Made by a program: the position numbers and the translations under genes. Of a stretch of DNA of 64,000 nt, positions 23,496 to 36,489 are shown in pieces (the stretch's first letter is position 1; each line of letters starts with the position of its first letter). The DNA lies in assembly GCF_020745735.1 (NCBI RefSeq), contig NW_026867509.1, positions 496,001 through 560,000 on the forward strand, written 5' to 3'. A model generated the notes under the pieces. It did not search any database. It saw only the letters and a program-made list of their open reading frames with translations, and was not told the origin of the DNA. This DNA comes from Hemiscyllium ocellatum (Eukaryota).

Positions 23496-24403
23496 TTAAC
23501 ACACTGACAATTTTGATATTGTCTCGTGGAAAGTGCGGCCTCTCCAAATGTATCACCCAGTACCTTTTAGCGATGGCTGCAGCAGATCTACTGGTCGTAG
23601 TTCTTGACCTAATATTGAGGCATATTCCGATTGTTTACGCATCACAGTTTACTTTCCTGTATTCTGTCCGCGTATGCAATATCCATGCTTTCCTGGTTTA
23701 CGTAGTCACTGATTGTTCTGTCTGGTTCACAATCACTTTCACGTTCGATAGATTTGTGGCAATTTGTTGCCAGAAGCTGAAATGTAAATACTGCACCAAG
23801 AAGACAGCGCTTGTTGTTCTCGGGACAGTGACTTTTTTGAGCTGCATCAAAAATATTTTCTGGTTTTTTGTGCTAATGGATGAGTACTGGCTTGAGAACA
23901 TCCCCTGCTTTTGTGGTGGAACAATGGAAGTTCTTGAATCTCTTATTTGGGCTTTAGTAGAGTTCGTTCATCACATTCTAACACCTGCAATTCCATTTTC
24001 CCTCATTCTCCTGTTTAATTCTTTAACCATCAGGCATATTTTGGTGACAAGCAAAGCCAGGAGGAGACTGCGTTGTCAGAGCGGTGAGAACAATGCAAAT
24101 GACCCAGAGATGGAGATGCGAAGAAAATCGATAGTTTTACTGTTTTTTATCTCAGGGAATTTCATCCTGTTATGGACAACTTTCATGTTGTATTTTATTT
24201 GGTACCGAATGTATTGGTTGGGTTATGAGGCTATATGGTTACCATACTTCGTACGGGAAATTGGATTTATGCTCCAGATGCTGAGTTGTTGTACAAATAC
24301 TTGCATTTATGTTGTAACTCAGGCTAAATTCAGAGAGCAGTTCAAGAATTTGCTGCTTTGCCCATTTAGACAAATTAAATTATGTATTCATTTTTTTCAA
24401 TAA
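23496..24403 (+). CDS. GPR139-like class-A GPCR, exon 2 (spliced product 334 aa, intact)
   Basis: Pyrimidine tract + cag acceptor; NTLTILILSRGKCGLSKC, LAMAAADLLV, TFDRFVAICCQ, DPEMEMRRKSIVLLF, SCCTNTCIY; seven hydrophobic segments; no stops. The family assignment is from motif recognition. Confidence 0.92.
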
Positions 24404-25279
24404 GTATCCACTTCAACAGCAGCATTCAAAGCTTCCCAAATTACCTTTGTCACGTTTCCCTTCAGGTTAGTGTTAATTATTAATGGGAAAGTTGACTGCT
24501 ACATTGTGTCTATGAGAATGTATATTGCCAGCGGTTGACAGATAACAATTAAACAGCTACGCAATCTATTTACCTACAATAACAATAACAACAACTAAAA
24601 TAATAATACTGGTCACCTGAGTAGCCTGCGATGTTCATTCGTGCACATATTCTCGTAAGACTCAGGAATAGCAACGTTGGTCATCATGACACTTTCAACA
24701 TCAGTGAAAGCAGTTGATTCGTGGTTCCAGTTGTGTCGTACAAACTGTGGTAAAAATCGATCATAAGACGAGATCCAAATGAATGCCAATGATCACCTGA
24801 TTTGCTTGTGAGATTCTCAAAGGAAATAGGGGATCTTTTTAACATCTCCACTGAAAAGCGACATTGAAATTGATACGGAAAACAATGAATTTTCGAGATC
24901 ACATCGAGTCAGACAGCATCTACTGAGAGAGAGCAAGCTGAGAGTACGAATCTAGATGACTCTTCATCAGAGCTGAAATGAAGTGTGGAGGGGGCAAGAT
25001 CTATTTTAATCTGGCAAAGTAGGGGTATGGGTTGTCGAGTGCCTGGGAGAAAGGATGTTGGAAATTCTGATGAAGTGATTACAATTTGATAATGGCCATA
25101 GAATTGCCTATCCAACTGTTAGACATGAAACGGAAAACAGTACCACTGGAGGGGGTGAGTTGAGAGAATACTGTGACAGAGAATTTAGCAAATAAAGCTA
25201 AACGGAACGGGTTTGGTTTACATTGTGAATGTGTTGAAATCAATATGAAATCCAGAAACCCAGTTGTCCTACAGGACTT

Positions 25280-26620
25280 CTACTTTTTTATGGATAACCT
25301 TCCCCAAAGGATCTCGCTCTGCAATGTTGGTAAATAATCCTGTCTCGCTACACAATACACAGTGTAAGATGACTTGCAGTCTAGTTCGTTCCTTCGTAGA
25401 CATACACATTCATCTCCAATTTCCTGTTTGATACAGTTCCCAACATCACAACTCTTATTTGGTGGTCTGCACACTTTGTTGTTCCACATCTCCACCATTC
25501 ATCCTCCACACTGTTCAGGCTAATGTCCTGTTTTACTATTGTGTTAATCGAATCTTTAAACAGCAGCTCTACCTCAGCTTCCATTCCTCTCTATCTGTCT
25601 TTTCTTTAAAAAAATGTAATACCCTTGATGTTGAGTTCACATCATTCGTCAACCTGGAGATAAGTTTCTGTGATCCCAAAGACATCATATGCATCATGGC
25701 GTATTTAGACGACTAGATTATCCACCTTATTAAAATATTACTCGCATTGAGATACAGAAATTTCAGGTCATTTTGTTTTGATAGATATTGCCACTTTTGA
25801 AACATTGCGAAATTTTGCCCAGTTTTATTTTTGTCTTTGGTTTATCTGCCTTCCATTTTCAGTTTTCATCTTGCCGTCGTTGTTTCTGTCCCCAATTTAG
25901 ACCGACCGAATTATGCACGAGTTCTCATTTTCCTGACAAATTTTTTTACATCCTTCCCAACAGCAATAGCAAACACTCGCCCATGACATTGTTTCTAGTC
26001 CATCCCAGATGCAGACCGTCTTGTTTATATTATTCCCACATCACACCAAACCGGATCCAATGTCTCACAAACTTTAATCCATCTCACTTACACCGTCCTC
26101 CAAGCCAAGTTTTAGCCATCATGTCTGGCTAGAACATGACACTGGTAGCAATCTCGAGATTACTACATTTGACGTTCCGTATTATGTTTTAACGGCTGCC
26201 TCCCTAAATTCAGCTTATCAGTCCACACCTAGATACTTAGCTGTGTGCCTGGCGCCAAAACATAACATGGAAGTCGACTGTTCGCCCTCCCCCAACTCCA
26301 CCGCCTCCCACCGAACCCCCAACGCCCTCAGAATATCCTGTCGCCACTCAGAAATATTCCGAGCCCTGCACCAATGAGACAGCATAGCATCCACAACTCT
26401 CTTTTATGGAATGTCCACGTATTTCCCAGAAAATGCATCCCCTATCACTGTCGCTCTGCCACCGTTTATCCTCCCTCCTGTGCAGCAGAGCCATCCATCG
26501 TGCTATGGCCCTGACTGCTGTCACTTCTCATTGGTAACATATATCTCTCAACAGTTCCCAAAACGGTATACTTGTTTTGGAGGGAGATGACTGCAGAGGG
26601 CCTCTGCAGTGCCTTCGTGC
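25280..26620 (-). mobile_element. Decayed CR1 LINE fragments (5'/endonuclease region), interrupted
   Basis: SLQNKYTVL-type and endonuclease-like remnants (26466-26620, 25280-25620); boundaries approximate. Confidence 0.4.
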
Positions 26621-29600
26621 GCTTCCTCTGTCTGTTATTACAGACGAGGCCAGACCCCTTCAAAATGTTTTAAGAACGTACCCTGGAATGTAACCTTTTT
26701 TATTTTAAAGGCAGATGTAAGTGGTTATTCCAGGTATGATGCAACTGATCGAACCTTTCGGATTGAAGGAAATTTGAATTTATTTAAACACTACAGTTGG
26801 AGAGCAAACAAAAGAAAATAGAATTTAGAATAACTTAATTGATGGAATCTTAACTGACCCCACACAGCAACTTAACTAATGAGCGGTTCCAATTCCCGTA
26901 GCATTCTCAAAATTCACGCTTTCGAAAAAGCTAATATCGAATACAGGTTTTTCCAGGCAGGCAAGAGAGGTTTGAGAGAGAAAAGTCAGGTAGGGACCAT
27001 CAGCAGAAGGACAGAACCTTTTTCCAATGCCACAACCTCTGCTGCTACAGCAAAACCCATCAGTGTTTCACCGTTACAACTAAACTGAACTTGAATAACT
27101 TGAACTGGGAGAAGTGGCCACTCTGCTGCCAATGGTAAATTTGGGTCTTTCCCGATACTTCTGTGTCTCTGACCTCCCTTAAAAAAATCTCTGGAGAAAT
27201 TAACCTTGCTGAAGAGAGAACATCGTCTCACTGTTGGTCATGCTTCCTCAGTAATTTTTATCTGTGGTGAGGCCAACTTACTGAAAGTGCTGTCCACTGT
27301 TCCCTCCAACCAGCTGATAAACCAAGGAAATGTTCGAAATTTCATGTGCTTGTTACGGACCAGCTGTCAAGACAAAAGTAATCAGGAACTTACTGAATGA
27401 CTTGTTCAAGAAATTAAGATTCAAGAAGTAAAGACCCTGACAGTGATCTTCTCAGATTTCTATAATTCTAATGGAATGTCAGAGTCCCTGACAACGTCAG
27501 TCTTTGTTGCCCATCCGTTCCAGAGGTTAGTTTTAATATATCTGGTGCCACATGTTGGCCTCACTGCGTGAGGATAGCAAATCTGCTTCATGGGGGACAT
27601 TCTTGAGCCAAATGTTGTGAAGTGACTTTCGATCCTGGTAACGTGGTTGTCAATAAACTGTTTTGTTTTAATTCAGGCTTTGTAATATAATTCAAAATTC
27701 GCCATTGTGGGATTCATACCACACTTCCTTAGCTTTCCTGTCTTAGCTTCCTGATGACCAGTCTAGTGAGAATACCTCAATCCTCCCGACTCCCTCCAAA
27801 TGTAACTTCAAATCTGTCTCTACAGAAATATCAAAATTTCCGATGAAGATCTCAATGTATTCTCCAGAGACCAGGGTGGCCCATCTCTAATTTTCTCAGA
27901 CAGATTCTCTGTTGACTCAGCCGAAGTCGAGTAAACTGCTCAGTTGTCTGGAAGCTTGTGCGCCATTTACTGTGTATTATTGTGCATGCTGTAGAGAACA
28001 ACATTTAAATTTTCATCTTTGTAAAAGTTGTCACTCAGCCTGATTATTATTGTACGTGTCACATCAGTATCGAATGAAGTAATAGCACTCTCGAGGAAAT
28101 CGAGGAGGTTTATTATGATTGGTCAGGACAGGAAAATGGTTCTTTTCTTGAAGCTGAGGACATTAAGGTGAGATTTGTTTGTGGTGATCAACGTTGAATG
28201 GGGCGTAAGTGAAGCGATGTGACGTCAGTGTCTTGAAACGTCAGTGTCTCTGTTTCATGGATGAGCAGTTATTGACACTGTTGAAAGCTATACCGAGAGT
28301 CTGCTATTATTTAAGCTGAACCCTACATACGCTGTGGAACTCGGCAGCTGAAATGACAAGAGTCTAATTCGCTTAACAACTAATATAAATCGTAAATCCT
28401 GATCATCCAATTTACTTAAAAATGAAATTCAACGAGGGAAATGATGGAAAATGGAATTCGGCTTTAAAGTCCTTTTCTCAGCCAGGGATGAACAGAGTGT
28501 TTGTTATTGTACTATGAAATTTTATAACTTCCAAATATCGAAAACGCCGAATGTTGGCTATTCCAAGGATCTTGCGTTACGTGGATTGCTCCTTCGTCGA
28601 GTTGGCATGGATCTGAACGGCAAAATTGTCTTCTTCTGTGCTGCTTTTATCATTCTTGTTGTGTTGAATATGGCATGAGCTTATGCCTGGGTATGTGTTT
28701 CTCCAGGTTTTATGACTCCCTGACAATCTGTTACTCCTCGTTTCTCTTAATGTTTCACCCGCCACAAATCATCATTGCACAAACACGTGGTTGCTTATTA
28801 AGTGCATCAACTTGTTCAGAGATCATTGCATACGTCTGCAACAGATACGCCTTGAACCATGCTCTCTCTACTTGTTAAGTGCAACAGACACCTCGAGAAG
28901 CAATGATTACATTAGATACTCCCTGTAACAAATGGCTAGCACAATTGCTTCTTCAGTCGCTGAAACGTCTGTTTATATTACTTGATACTCATTCGTATTT
29001 CTTACTGCATGATTACGTTTTGTTCCCAGTACAACAGACACTGACTGTCCGTGCTGCGCTAAACAATGCCTTTTTTTATTTACTTTGCTCTTGTTGTTAA
29101 CTAAAGAGTTAAGTCATGGCAGGAGATCCCAGATTCATGCTGTGTGTCTTATGTGCGATATGGGAATTCAAGGCCTGTTCCAATGTCCCTTATCCCTTTA
29201 CCTAAAGAAAGTGTGTCCAGCTGCAGCTCCAATTTTACCACTTGACAGGTATGGAGATGCAGGTGGATTAAAAAAGTCTGAGGAGATGACTGTCAGGCTC
29301 TTTACTTCTTGAATATTAATTTCTTGAACAAGTCATCCAGTAAGTTACTGAGGACTTTTATCTTGACAGCTGGTTCCTGTAACAAGCACATGAAATTTAG
29401 AACATTTCCTTCGTATATCATGTACAGCAACCAGTCGTTAAAGAAAACATGAAAACTTAAACTCTCTGGGAATCATGTAACAATTTCTGGAACTTCTTCC
29501 CAGCAGAATTGTGGGTGTACTTGCTCCTGAGGTCTGCAATAACTAAGTAGGCTGCACACCAGCACCTTGCCCACGGCAACTAGTGATGGAGAATAAATGC

Positions 29601-29650
29601 TGCCTTAGGCAATGACTCCCAAATCCCATAAATGTATACTGATATAATAC

Positions 29651-29958
29651 TTAGATTAGATTACTTACAGTGTGGAAACAGGCCCTTCGGCCCAACAAGT
29701 CCACACCGACCCGCCGAAGCGCAACCCATACCCCTACATTTACCCCTTACTTAACACTACGGGCAATTTAGCATGGCCAATTCACCTGACCCGCACATCT
29801 TTGGACTGTGGGAGGAAACCGGAGCACCCGGAGGAAACCCACGCAGACACGGGGAGAACGTGCAAACTCCACACAGTCAGTCACCTGGGGCGGGAATTGA
29901 ACCCAGGTCCCTGGTGCTGTGAGGCAGCAGTGCTAACCACTGTGCCACCGTGCCGCCC
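29651..29958 (-). mobile_element. HE1-type tRNA-derived SINE, young
   Basis: Head gggcggcacggtggcacagtggttagc...gggttcaattccc (A/B boxes) and TAATC-repeat tail. Confidence 0.93.
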
Positions 29959-32866
29959 ACCAATACGTTTGTTCTTTGAATTAACTGGCATAGTGGTATA
30001 TTAAGAGATGGACAGCTGTGATATAATAAAATTAGAGCAGACATTAAATTGGAATGTCCTGCATGATTCTACTTCTCATATTCACACTTTACAACTATGA
30101 CCTCTCTCTCTCTGGCTGAAAAAAAACAGAAATGCAGACTGATCTGGAAAGAGAAAGCAGACTGGTGTATTATCAAACGTGTAACAACTCTTTCACTTTG
30201 AAAAGGATATTCTGTTCTGGGCATTTGTTTAAAGAGAAGTTGAAAAGGCATCCGTTAAGTACTGCAGACTGAAGATCCCCTACGTAAACAAGTTAGGTGG
30301 CCTTTAGTTTTTGTTTTATGAAAGTTGGAAGAATGGAATCAGTTTGAAAGTGAGTGGCCAGTTCTCACAAAACAGGCTTTCTATTTTTTTTTCAGCTTGA
30401 GAGGCAAAAGCTGTTCGTGATTCCAGAAGAGTTGGACTCGTTAGTGAATGATAACAAGCCACTCCTTCCTCTGAAATCTCCATTGATGTTATTTCCTCTT
30501 TATTGGAGAACAACAGGCAAGAATCTGTGTTTGAACTGATTTTGTTTTTTGCCAAGCGATTTGTTTCTAATAGAATATAATAGATCAGAACAGAATATAA
30601 TAGAATAGCATATTCTTTATTGTAAAGTTAATCCATTGAAAGAGTACCGAGAAAAGGCTTCAAGCTGTCTGCCTTCTTTTGGCGACATCTTACGTGCAAG
30701 TATCTGGGTACAAACGTTGCATACACCAGAGGACTAAATGTAGTTGAATTACTTTGCACAGTTTAAAACTACGTTTTTTAAAAGAAACTACTAAAATGTT
30801 GACATTAAAAATTGACATTCCGTATACACATTACATTGTTGCAGCTCAACACAGTATGTCCACACTGATCCTAATCCAAAAGCCTTCCCTGCTCTGCTCC
30901 AAGCCGGCAGCCCACTCGGTACCGGTACTCAGCTGCTCCAAGGTAAGTTTGAGTGCTGCATTCCCCATCCTGGTTTCAGTCCAGAACTCTCTGCTTACTC
31001 GCGGCTTGAAGCCTGCTTCCCTGGACTGCTCTGGAACTTACAGCTCATGGGCTGCTCCAGGACTCGCAGCCGGTGCACTCCTCTAGCGATTCTGGGTTCT
31101 AACAGCTGATGTAATGTTTCAGGGCTTGCAACACACGTGCAGTGTCAGAGCTCATTGCTCTAGTACTTGCTGCCTATGCCTGTCGCTGATCCACGATTCA
31201 CTTTTGGGGCTAAGGGAGAACAAAAAACGAAGAGAAAAAGACAAAGGAAGAAAAAGAATAGGCGTGGTCGAAGAGTCCGAGCAAGGCATCTTATTCTAAC
31301 ACTGTCTTGCCCGAGAGATATTATGAGATTTACTGTACGTGAACAATTCATTAGGAACAGGTACTTTATATATTATTCGGTTATGGTTTCTACTCGTTAA
31401 GTTATTCTAAGTTATTCTTTCTTTTGTTTGTATATTAACTACACTGTAAGTACATTGTGCTTTGTTTAACGTCATGTGGTTTGACCCGTCACATCAGACC
31501 TGGAAAAATCAGTTCGCATCTATCTTTAAAATGAGAAAATGTTAGGGTCCAGGCTCTCTTCTTAAAATATTTCCCAGTCCATAAGAACTGGAACATAGGG
31601 AACGAGGAGCTGGCATTGCAAAAAAATATTATGCATATATTCAAAGAGGCTGATGTGGAAAATCCTTATTTGCTCTATAGATGAACAAAAAAGAATTATA
31701 AATGCATCAGTTCAATAACAGAAGAGTTAGAGAAAAAATGCTTATGTTACCGATTCGCACCAGAATACAGACCTCATTGACAAATAGGGTGCATGGATCC
31801 TGTGGAAGTGATGTCAGGAAAAGGTAAATTACAGGTGGGACAAAGGAATAGAAGAGCACGGCGTCTTAGTGGAAATTTTTTGTTATGATTAGAAGGGTGA
31901 ACATTTCAGATGAAATAGGAATTCTGGCATTCTCCAGTTGATGGTCGCTTAGTCCCTCCCCTGTCCTGAACATTGTACATAATGTAAAACTCAGAGGTTA
32001 GGGGCAGAACCAAGCAATTTATTTGTCAAGAATTTAAATTTTCAGGGACGGAGCAGACGCACTTCCTAGGAATAACATTAAAATCACAACAGAACCTGCA
32101 CAAACTGAAACCAACTGACAGTTTTGAGTCTACCAGGAATGAGGTCACAACGATGTAAAAGCACAAACAAACCATGTAGAAATAAAATACGATGAGATAA
32201 AATCACCTTCTAAGTTCAAATTAAGGCGAAGCAGAAAAATCTACTCCCTTGAAAGTGGAATAGACTTTCCATGACGATTAAAGTGACAAATAGAAGTGTT
32301 AATTTTTGAAGATGGCAACTCAGCTCAATTGAATTTGTCGTTTTCACTTGATTTTCCTCTGAGCAGTAAGAAACACAATTTATGCTTTTGCATAAAATAT
32401 TGTTAGAAAGTATTGTCTTATTGATGTTTATTTTTCAATAAGAAAATATTCAAATGTAAATTTAGATCATGCATTTGTCATTCTCCCTACTCTCCAAAGC
32501 TGTAAAACAATTTGTCCCACGACTCTTCCTACTTCTCCAGAACTTCACAAATTTGACAAGCTCCTGTCTTTGTCTAGTTAAATTCTGTGATTGTTCATTG
32601 CATCTGCTTTCTCCATCCTCTTCCTGTGTTGAAGGGAACAAATGAACATCCTCAGGGACTAATTTTCCATAACAGCCTTCAAAAATGCAGAAAGTAGTAT
32701 TTGATGTTAATTATCAGAAAATCACAAACTTATTCATTTAATTATTATCTTTCCATTATGTACAATGTATTAGCAAATAATGAAAACCGTTTCTTTGCTC
32801 CAGTCCCGGTTCACAAATTTCCAATATCCTGCAACTGCAAACCACTACTCTCTCCATTGTTTGTAT

Positions 32867-33003
32867 TGCTGTGGTTATAATCCTCAACACATTCAAGTCT
32901 TTGCACAGCTTTCGAAGTGCTCTATCACTATGTCCTCACCATCAGTATCAGCATGTTTTTTTTTACAGCTCTCTCCGTGCTCTGGATGACAGAGTATGCT
33001 GTG
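32867..33003 (-). repeat. Decayed tandem RSS array 3' of supporting-type Vdelta
   Basis: catagtg-21-gcaaagact (32932-32896) and cacagca (32873-32867), 59 bp apart. Spacer agagcacggagagagctgt and linker gaatgtgttgaggattataac resemble the 8-9.7-kb array. Confidence 0.6.
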
Positions 33004-33265
33004 CAGTTGTACTGTGGAGATACGTAAACGACTGATTATCACTGCAGAGTCAGTATCAGCAGAAATTCTTCCTCTAGCTGTGTTTTCTGTATTCTGCTCT
33101 TCTGAAGTGTATCTTTGAAGCAAGTATTTCAGAGACTGTCCTGGGCGTGATCGTTTCAGTAAACTGTGTACTGACAAAACCCTGAAAATTTATGGCTTAA
33201 TATCACGGTGGCAGCTGCAGCAGAGGTTTGGAAAGTAGGACTCTGGGACAACAGAGACGGAGAAT
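33004..33265 (-). pseudogene. Supporting TCR delta V (NAR-TCR type) pseudogene
   Basis: ttccacag acceptor; DSPSLLSQSPTFQTSAAAATVILSHKFSGFCQYTVY*, frameshift, RSRPGQSLKYLLQRYTSEEQNTENTARGRISADTDSAVIISRLRISTVQL. CDR1 Cys TGT at 33176-33174; no leader seen. Confidence 0.82.
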
Positions 33266-34299
33266 CTGTGGAATTTTTTAAAAATGTTTTTAACGCATTG
33301 ACTGCCTCAGAAACCTAGTAATTGTGAAAATCATTCTGTTAGTAAGACATTTCTCTTAATTTAACGTAGTCGTGAAGTGTCTTTAACATAATTATCAAAT
33401 TAATGTCCATACTTTGCGTTTCCTGTGTTGACACAGTGAATTATTACGATCCAATTCAATCGCTAGAAGAGTTCAAAATCAAGACTAAATTTCAAACTGT
33501 AATTGCAAGTTTTCTACCACAGGGAATTGTCCCAGAAAAGCGAGCGAGTGTTACCGAATGTGAAAAATGGTTGCTTTTTTGAAGCTTCCGCCATTGCAGT
33601 ACAGACAGTTTGATAATTAGCTGTGCTTTCTGCTTCCATCGCCTTTGATAAAATAATCTTCATGTGTATTTCTGGAAAAATGTGCATTTGGGAAATCGTT
33701 TTATTCATTCACTCTCCTCCTTGCTAAGTCGATCGCCTTGCAGAATTGGGTAAAAGAAAACACCCCTGTGTGTGTTGCATCACTGTCTTAGTAAAGTCCA
33801 ATGGAAAGTCATAAATGTCATCAGTAGTGATTCTTCTAGATGCCCGCTGAGGCACAGTATGAGGGAATAGAATCAAAGAAAAGTGAGGGCACAGTGGCAG
33901 TTCATTCGCTCTGGCGTGCACATATTGTCTCTCTGAGAGAGGAATTCAGCTGCTACCATTTCAAACTCTCTACCAAGCAGCCTGGTGCATTCTTCATTCT
34001 TTCATAATTGTGCAATTTGCTTTATAACATCTGAATCAATTTTGTCTGTCCTGCAGTCTCAGGAAATACATGCCAGATCATAACTGTTTATCTTGCTGTT
34101 CCTTTATTTTTGAAGCCGCAAATGCTTCTTTTGTCAATTCACTTAAAGGGTTTATTTTCCATTGCCGAGTTTTCTACCAACGGGATCAGTTTCACTTTAT
34201 CTTATCTATCCAAGCTCTTCATGATTTTGCTTATCTTCACCAAGTAGGAAAAATGTGAATGCGTCGCAGGGACTCAAAATAAAATTTACCAGGATGTCC

Positions 34300-34880
34300 C
34301 CTGCTAAGAAAGATACGGGCGATGAAGGATTGTATAGATCGGGTTTTTTGTCTTTAGAACGCATGAGGTTGAGGGGAGACTGATAGAAGTTTATAAGATT
34401 GTGAATGGCTTGGAGAGAATGGAGACTATTGAGCGTGTTTTCTCCAGGGTGGAGGGTTAAATTACTAGGGACACAGGATCAAGGTGCGAGGGGGGAAGAG
34501 TTCAAAAGCGATATGCGATGCAAATTTTTCACTACAAGGTAGGGGAGTGCCTGGATTGCGTTATCAGCGGATATGATGGGATCACACAAAATATCAGATT
34601 TCAAAACACCTGAAAGAAAACATTAATATGAGTGGAATGAAGGGATACGGATCCTATGTTTGAAGACAGTTTAAGAAAATATGTTCAGCATGTATTAACG
34701 GACGCTTCAACAGCTTAAAACCCTTTTCCTGTGCTGCATTGTTCTTTTTACGGTTCTTCCTTTTCCACAAACTTTTCCTCTTGAAGAAAAAATTAGCCCC
34801 GACTTCTTCAATCCATCTCCTTCTCCGAACTCCCAGAACCGTCAAACAATGCTTGTAAATATCTCTTCATGCTCTATCAT
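34300..34880. mobile_element. CR1 LINE 3' fragments (two pieces, opposite orientation)
   Basis: RT C-terminal/3'UTR-like sequence (aggttgaggggagactgatagaagtttataag...). Confidence 0.55.
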
Positions 34881-35147
34881 GCTTTTCATCCGACCTAAGA
34901 AACATTTCCCAGAACCTGACACAATGTTCTCGTTGTTGTCAAAGCTGGATCCACAAATTTAACGCAATATCTTTGCTTTTGTACTCAATGTCCCCCTCAA
35001 TAATGCTTATGCAAGTTTGATGGCGATGGCCTTTTATGACACTTTCTTTATTTTTTGCTCGGATGTAAATTGTTTCGACATTTCATTACCACATTGTAGC
35101 TACAGTCCACTTTTGCAACTATTTGTCTTTCCATAAATCCAGGAAAC

Positions 35148-35440
35148 AAGGGTGGCATGATGGCTCAATGGTTTGCATTGATGTCTTACAGTACCTTTGA
35201 CTCGAATTCTATTTCAACCTCGGGTGAGCGTCTTTGTGAAGTTTGTACATTCCCTCCATGTCTGCATGGGTTACTTCCCGATGCTCAGGTTTTCTCCCAC
35301 AATCCAAACAAATGTTGTTTAGCTGAATTGGTCATGGAGAATTCTCCATTCTGCTCAGGGATGTGTCAGGGTGGGTTACACTTCGGAGGGTCGGTGTGGT
35401 CTTGTTGGGTCAAAGGGTCGGTTCCTACAGTGTAAGACAT
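35148..35440 (+). mobile_element. Old HE1-type SINE
   Basis: Diverged match to the 29651-29958 SINE. Confidence 0.7.
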
Positions 35441-36489
35441 CTAATTCAATTTCGCTCGGTTTCACTTTTCTAAGAATTACATTAAGCCATTTCATTTCAA
35501 AATCTATATCTCTCACTTTACGGCATTTATTTGCTCATTTCCATCTTGTGAATTGCGACCGAGTCTCCAAATTGGCGTTTGGGTTTTGCCACTGCGATTT
35601 GCACCTTGGTTTTACCATTACTGAGAACGAGGTTCTCGGCATGTCGGACAATTTCAAGTCCCTCAGTCCATTGATGACCTGTTCTCCTTGTTTGTGGCAA
35701 ACTGTTCTCTGAAATTTGCATCAAATGGAATCTTCAGATCAGGACAAGTCCATTCGGGCAATTGCCTGCACCTGTTCTTGTACTCTCCAAATGCCTCTTC
35801 CCTCCTGACTGTGACTAGCATGATTCTTCATTTCTTCTATTTCCTTCCATTTCCCGCTCTCTATTTTGCAACTACGCCATCGTCACAATAAACCATTCAT
35901 TGAAAAAACTCGATATGTCGGCCAGCTTTACATTCTGAACTGAGTTTGTGCAAATGCATTCTTCTGAATATATTCATCTGTTGTTTTGGAGCTTGTTACG
36001 GTTGTACTGAACAGCGTTTTGCTCAGGACAACAAAGAGTTGAACCAATGTATCCACACGCAGCTTATTCAGTATTTAACCACAAGTCAAAGATTCGGATG
36101 GTATCTTTTCATACTCTCTGATTTTCGAGATGAGGACAAGACTGTTCTAACGCTTAAAACTATGCATAGTTGTGCTCCACACTATACTTAGTGGTGTAAA
36201 AAAATGTTGATAATGCAAACTTATATAAGATCTGAACAGAAAAGGTGATTCGTATCTGAGAAGGTCAATAAATTTCAGGATTATCCACGTGACTCGTCTA
36301 TATTCAAATCATGCTCCGCCCTGTTTCCAAATGCATGAACCCCTCTTTGCTTTCAAACATCTAAGAAAGCTGTGATTCCTTATGGCATCCCTTAAGAGAT
36401 AGGTAAGATTTAACTAGGTCAACCTGTGTTTTTACAAGGTATTGTTAATATAATTCAAACCAGTGTAATCCGATAGGTGACTGTGACCC

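Noticed and set aside
29272-29312. MTVRLFTS* resembling a TCR constant-region C-terminus
   Set aside because: No transmembrane segment or splice acceptor upstream; it lies within the unexplained inverted repeat.
31807-31816. AGTGATGTCA, matching the mammalian TCR V-beta promoter decamer (also TGACGTCA at 28220)
   Set aside because: No convincing leader or V exon follows either site.
33400-33900. cacagtg heptamers at 33432 and 33890 and FTFGNT near 33550 as NAR D/J candidates
   Set aside because: No acceptable nonamer at 12 or 23 nt, and no splice donor after the J-like motif.
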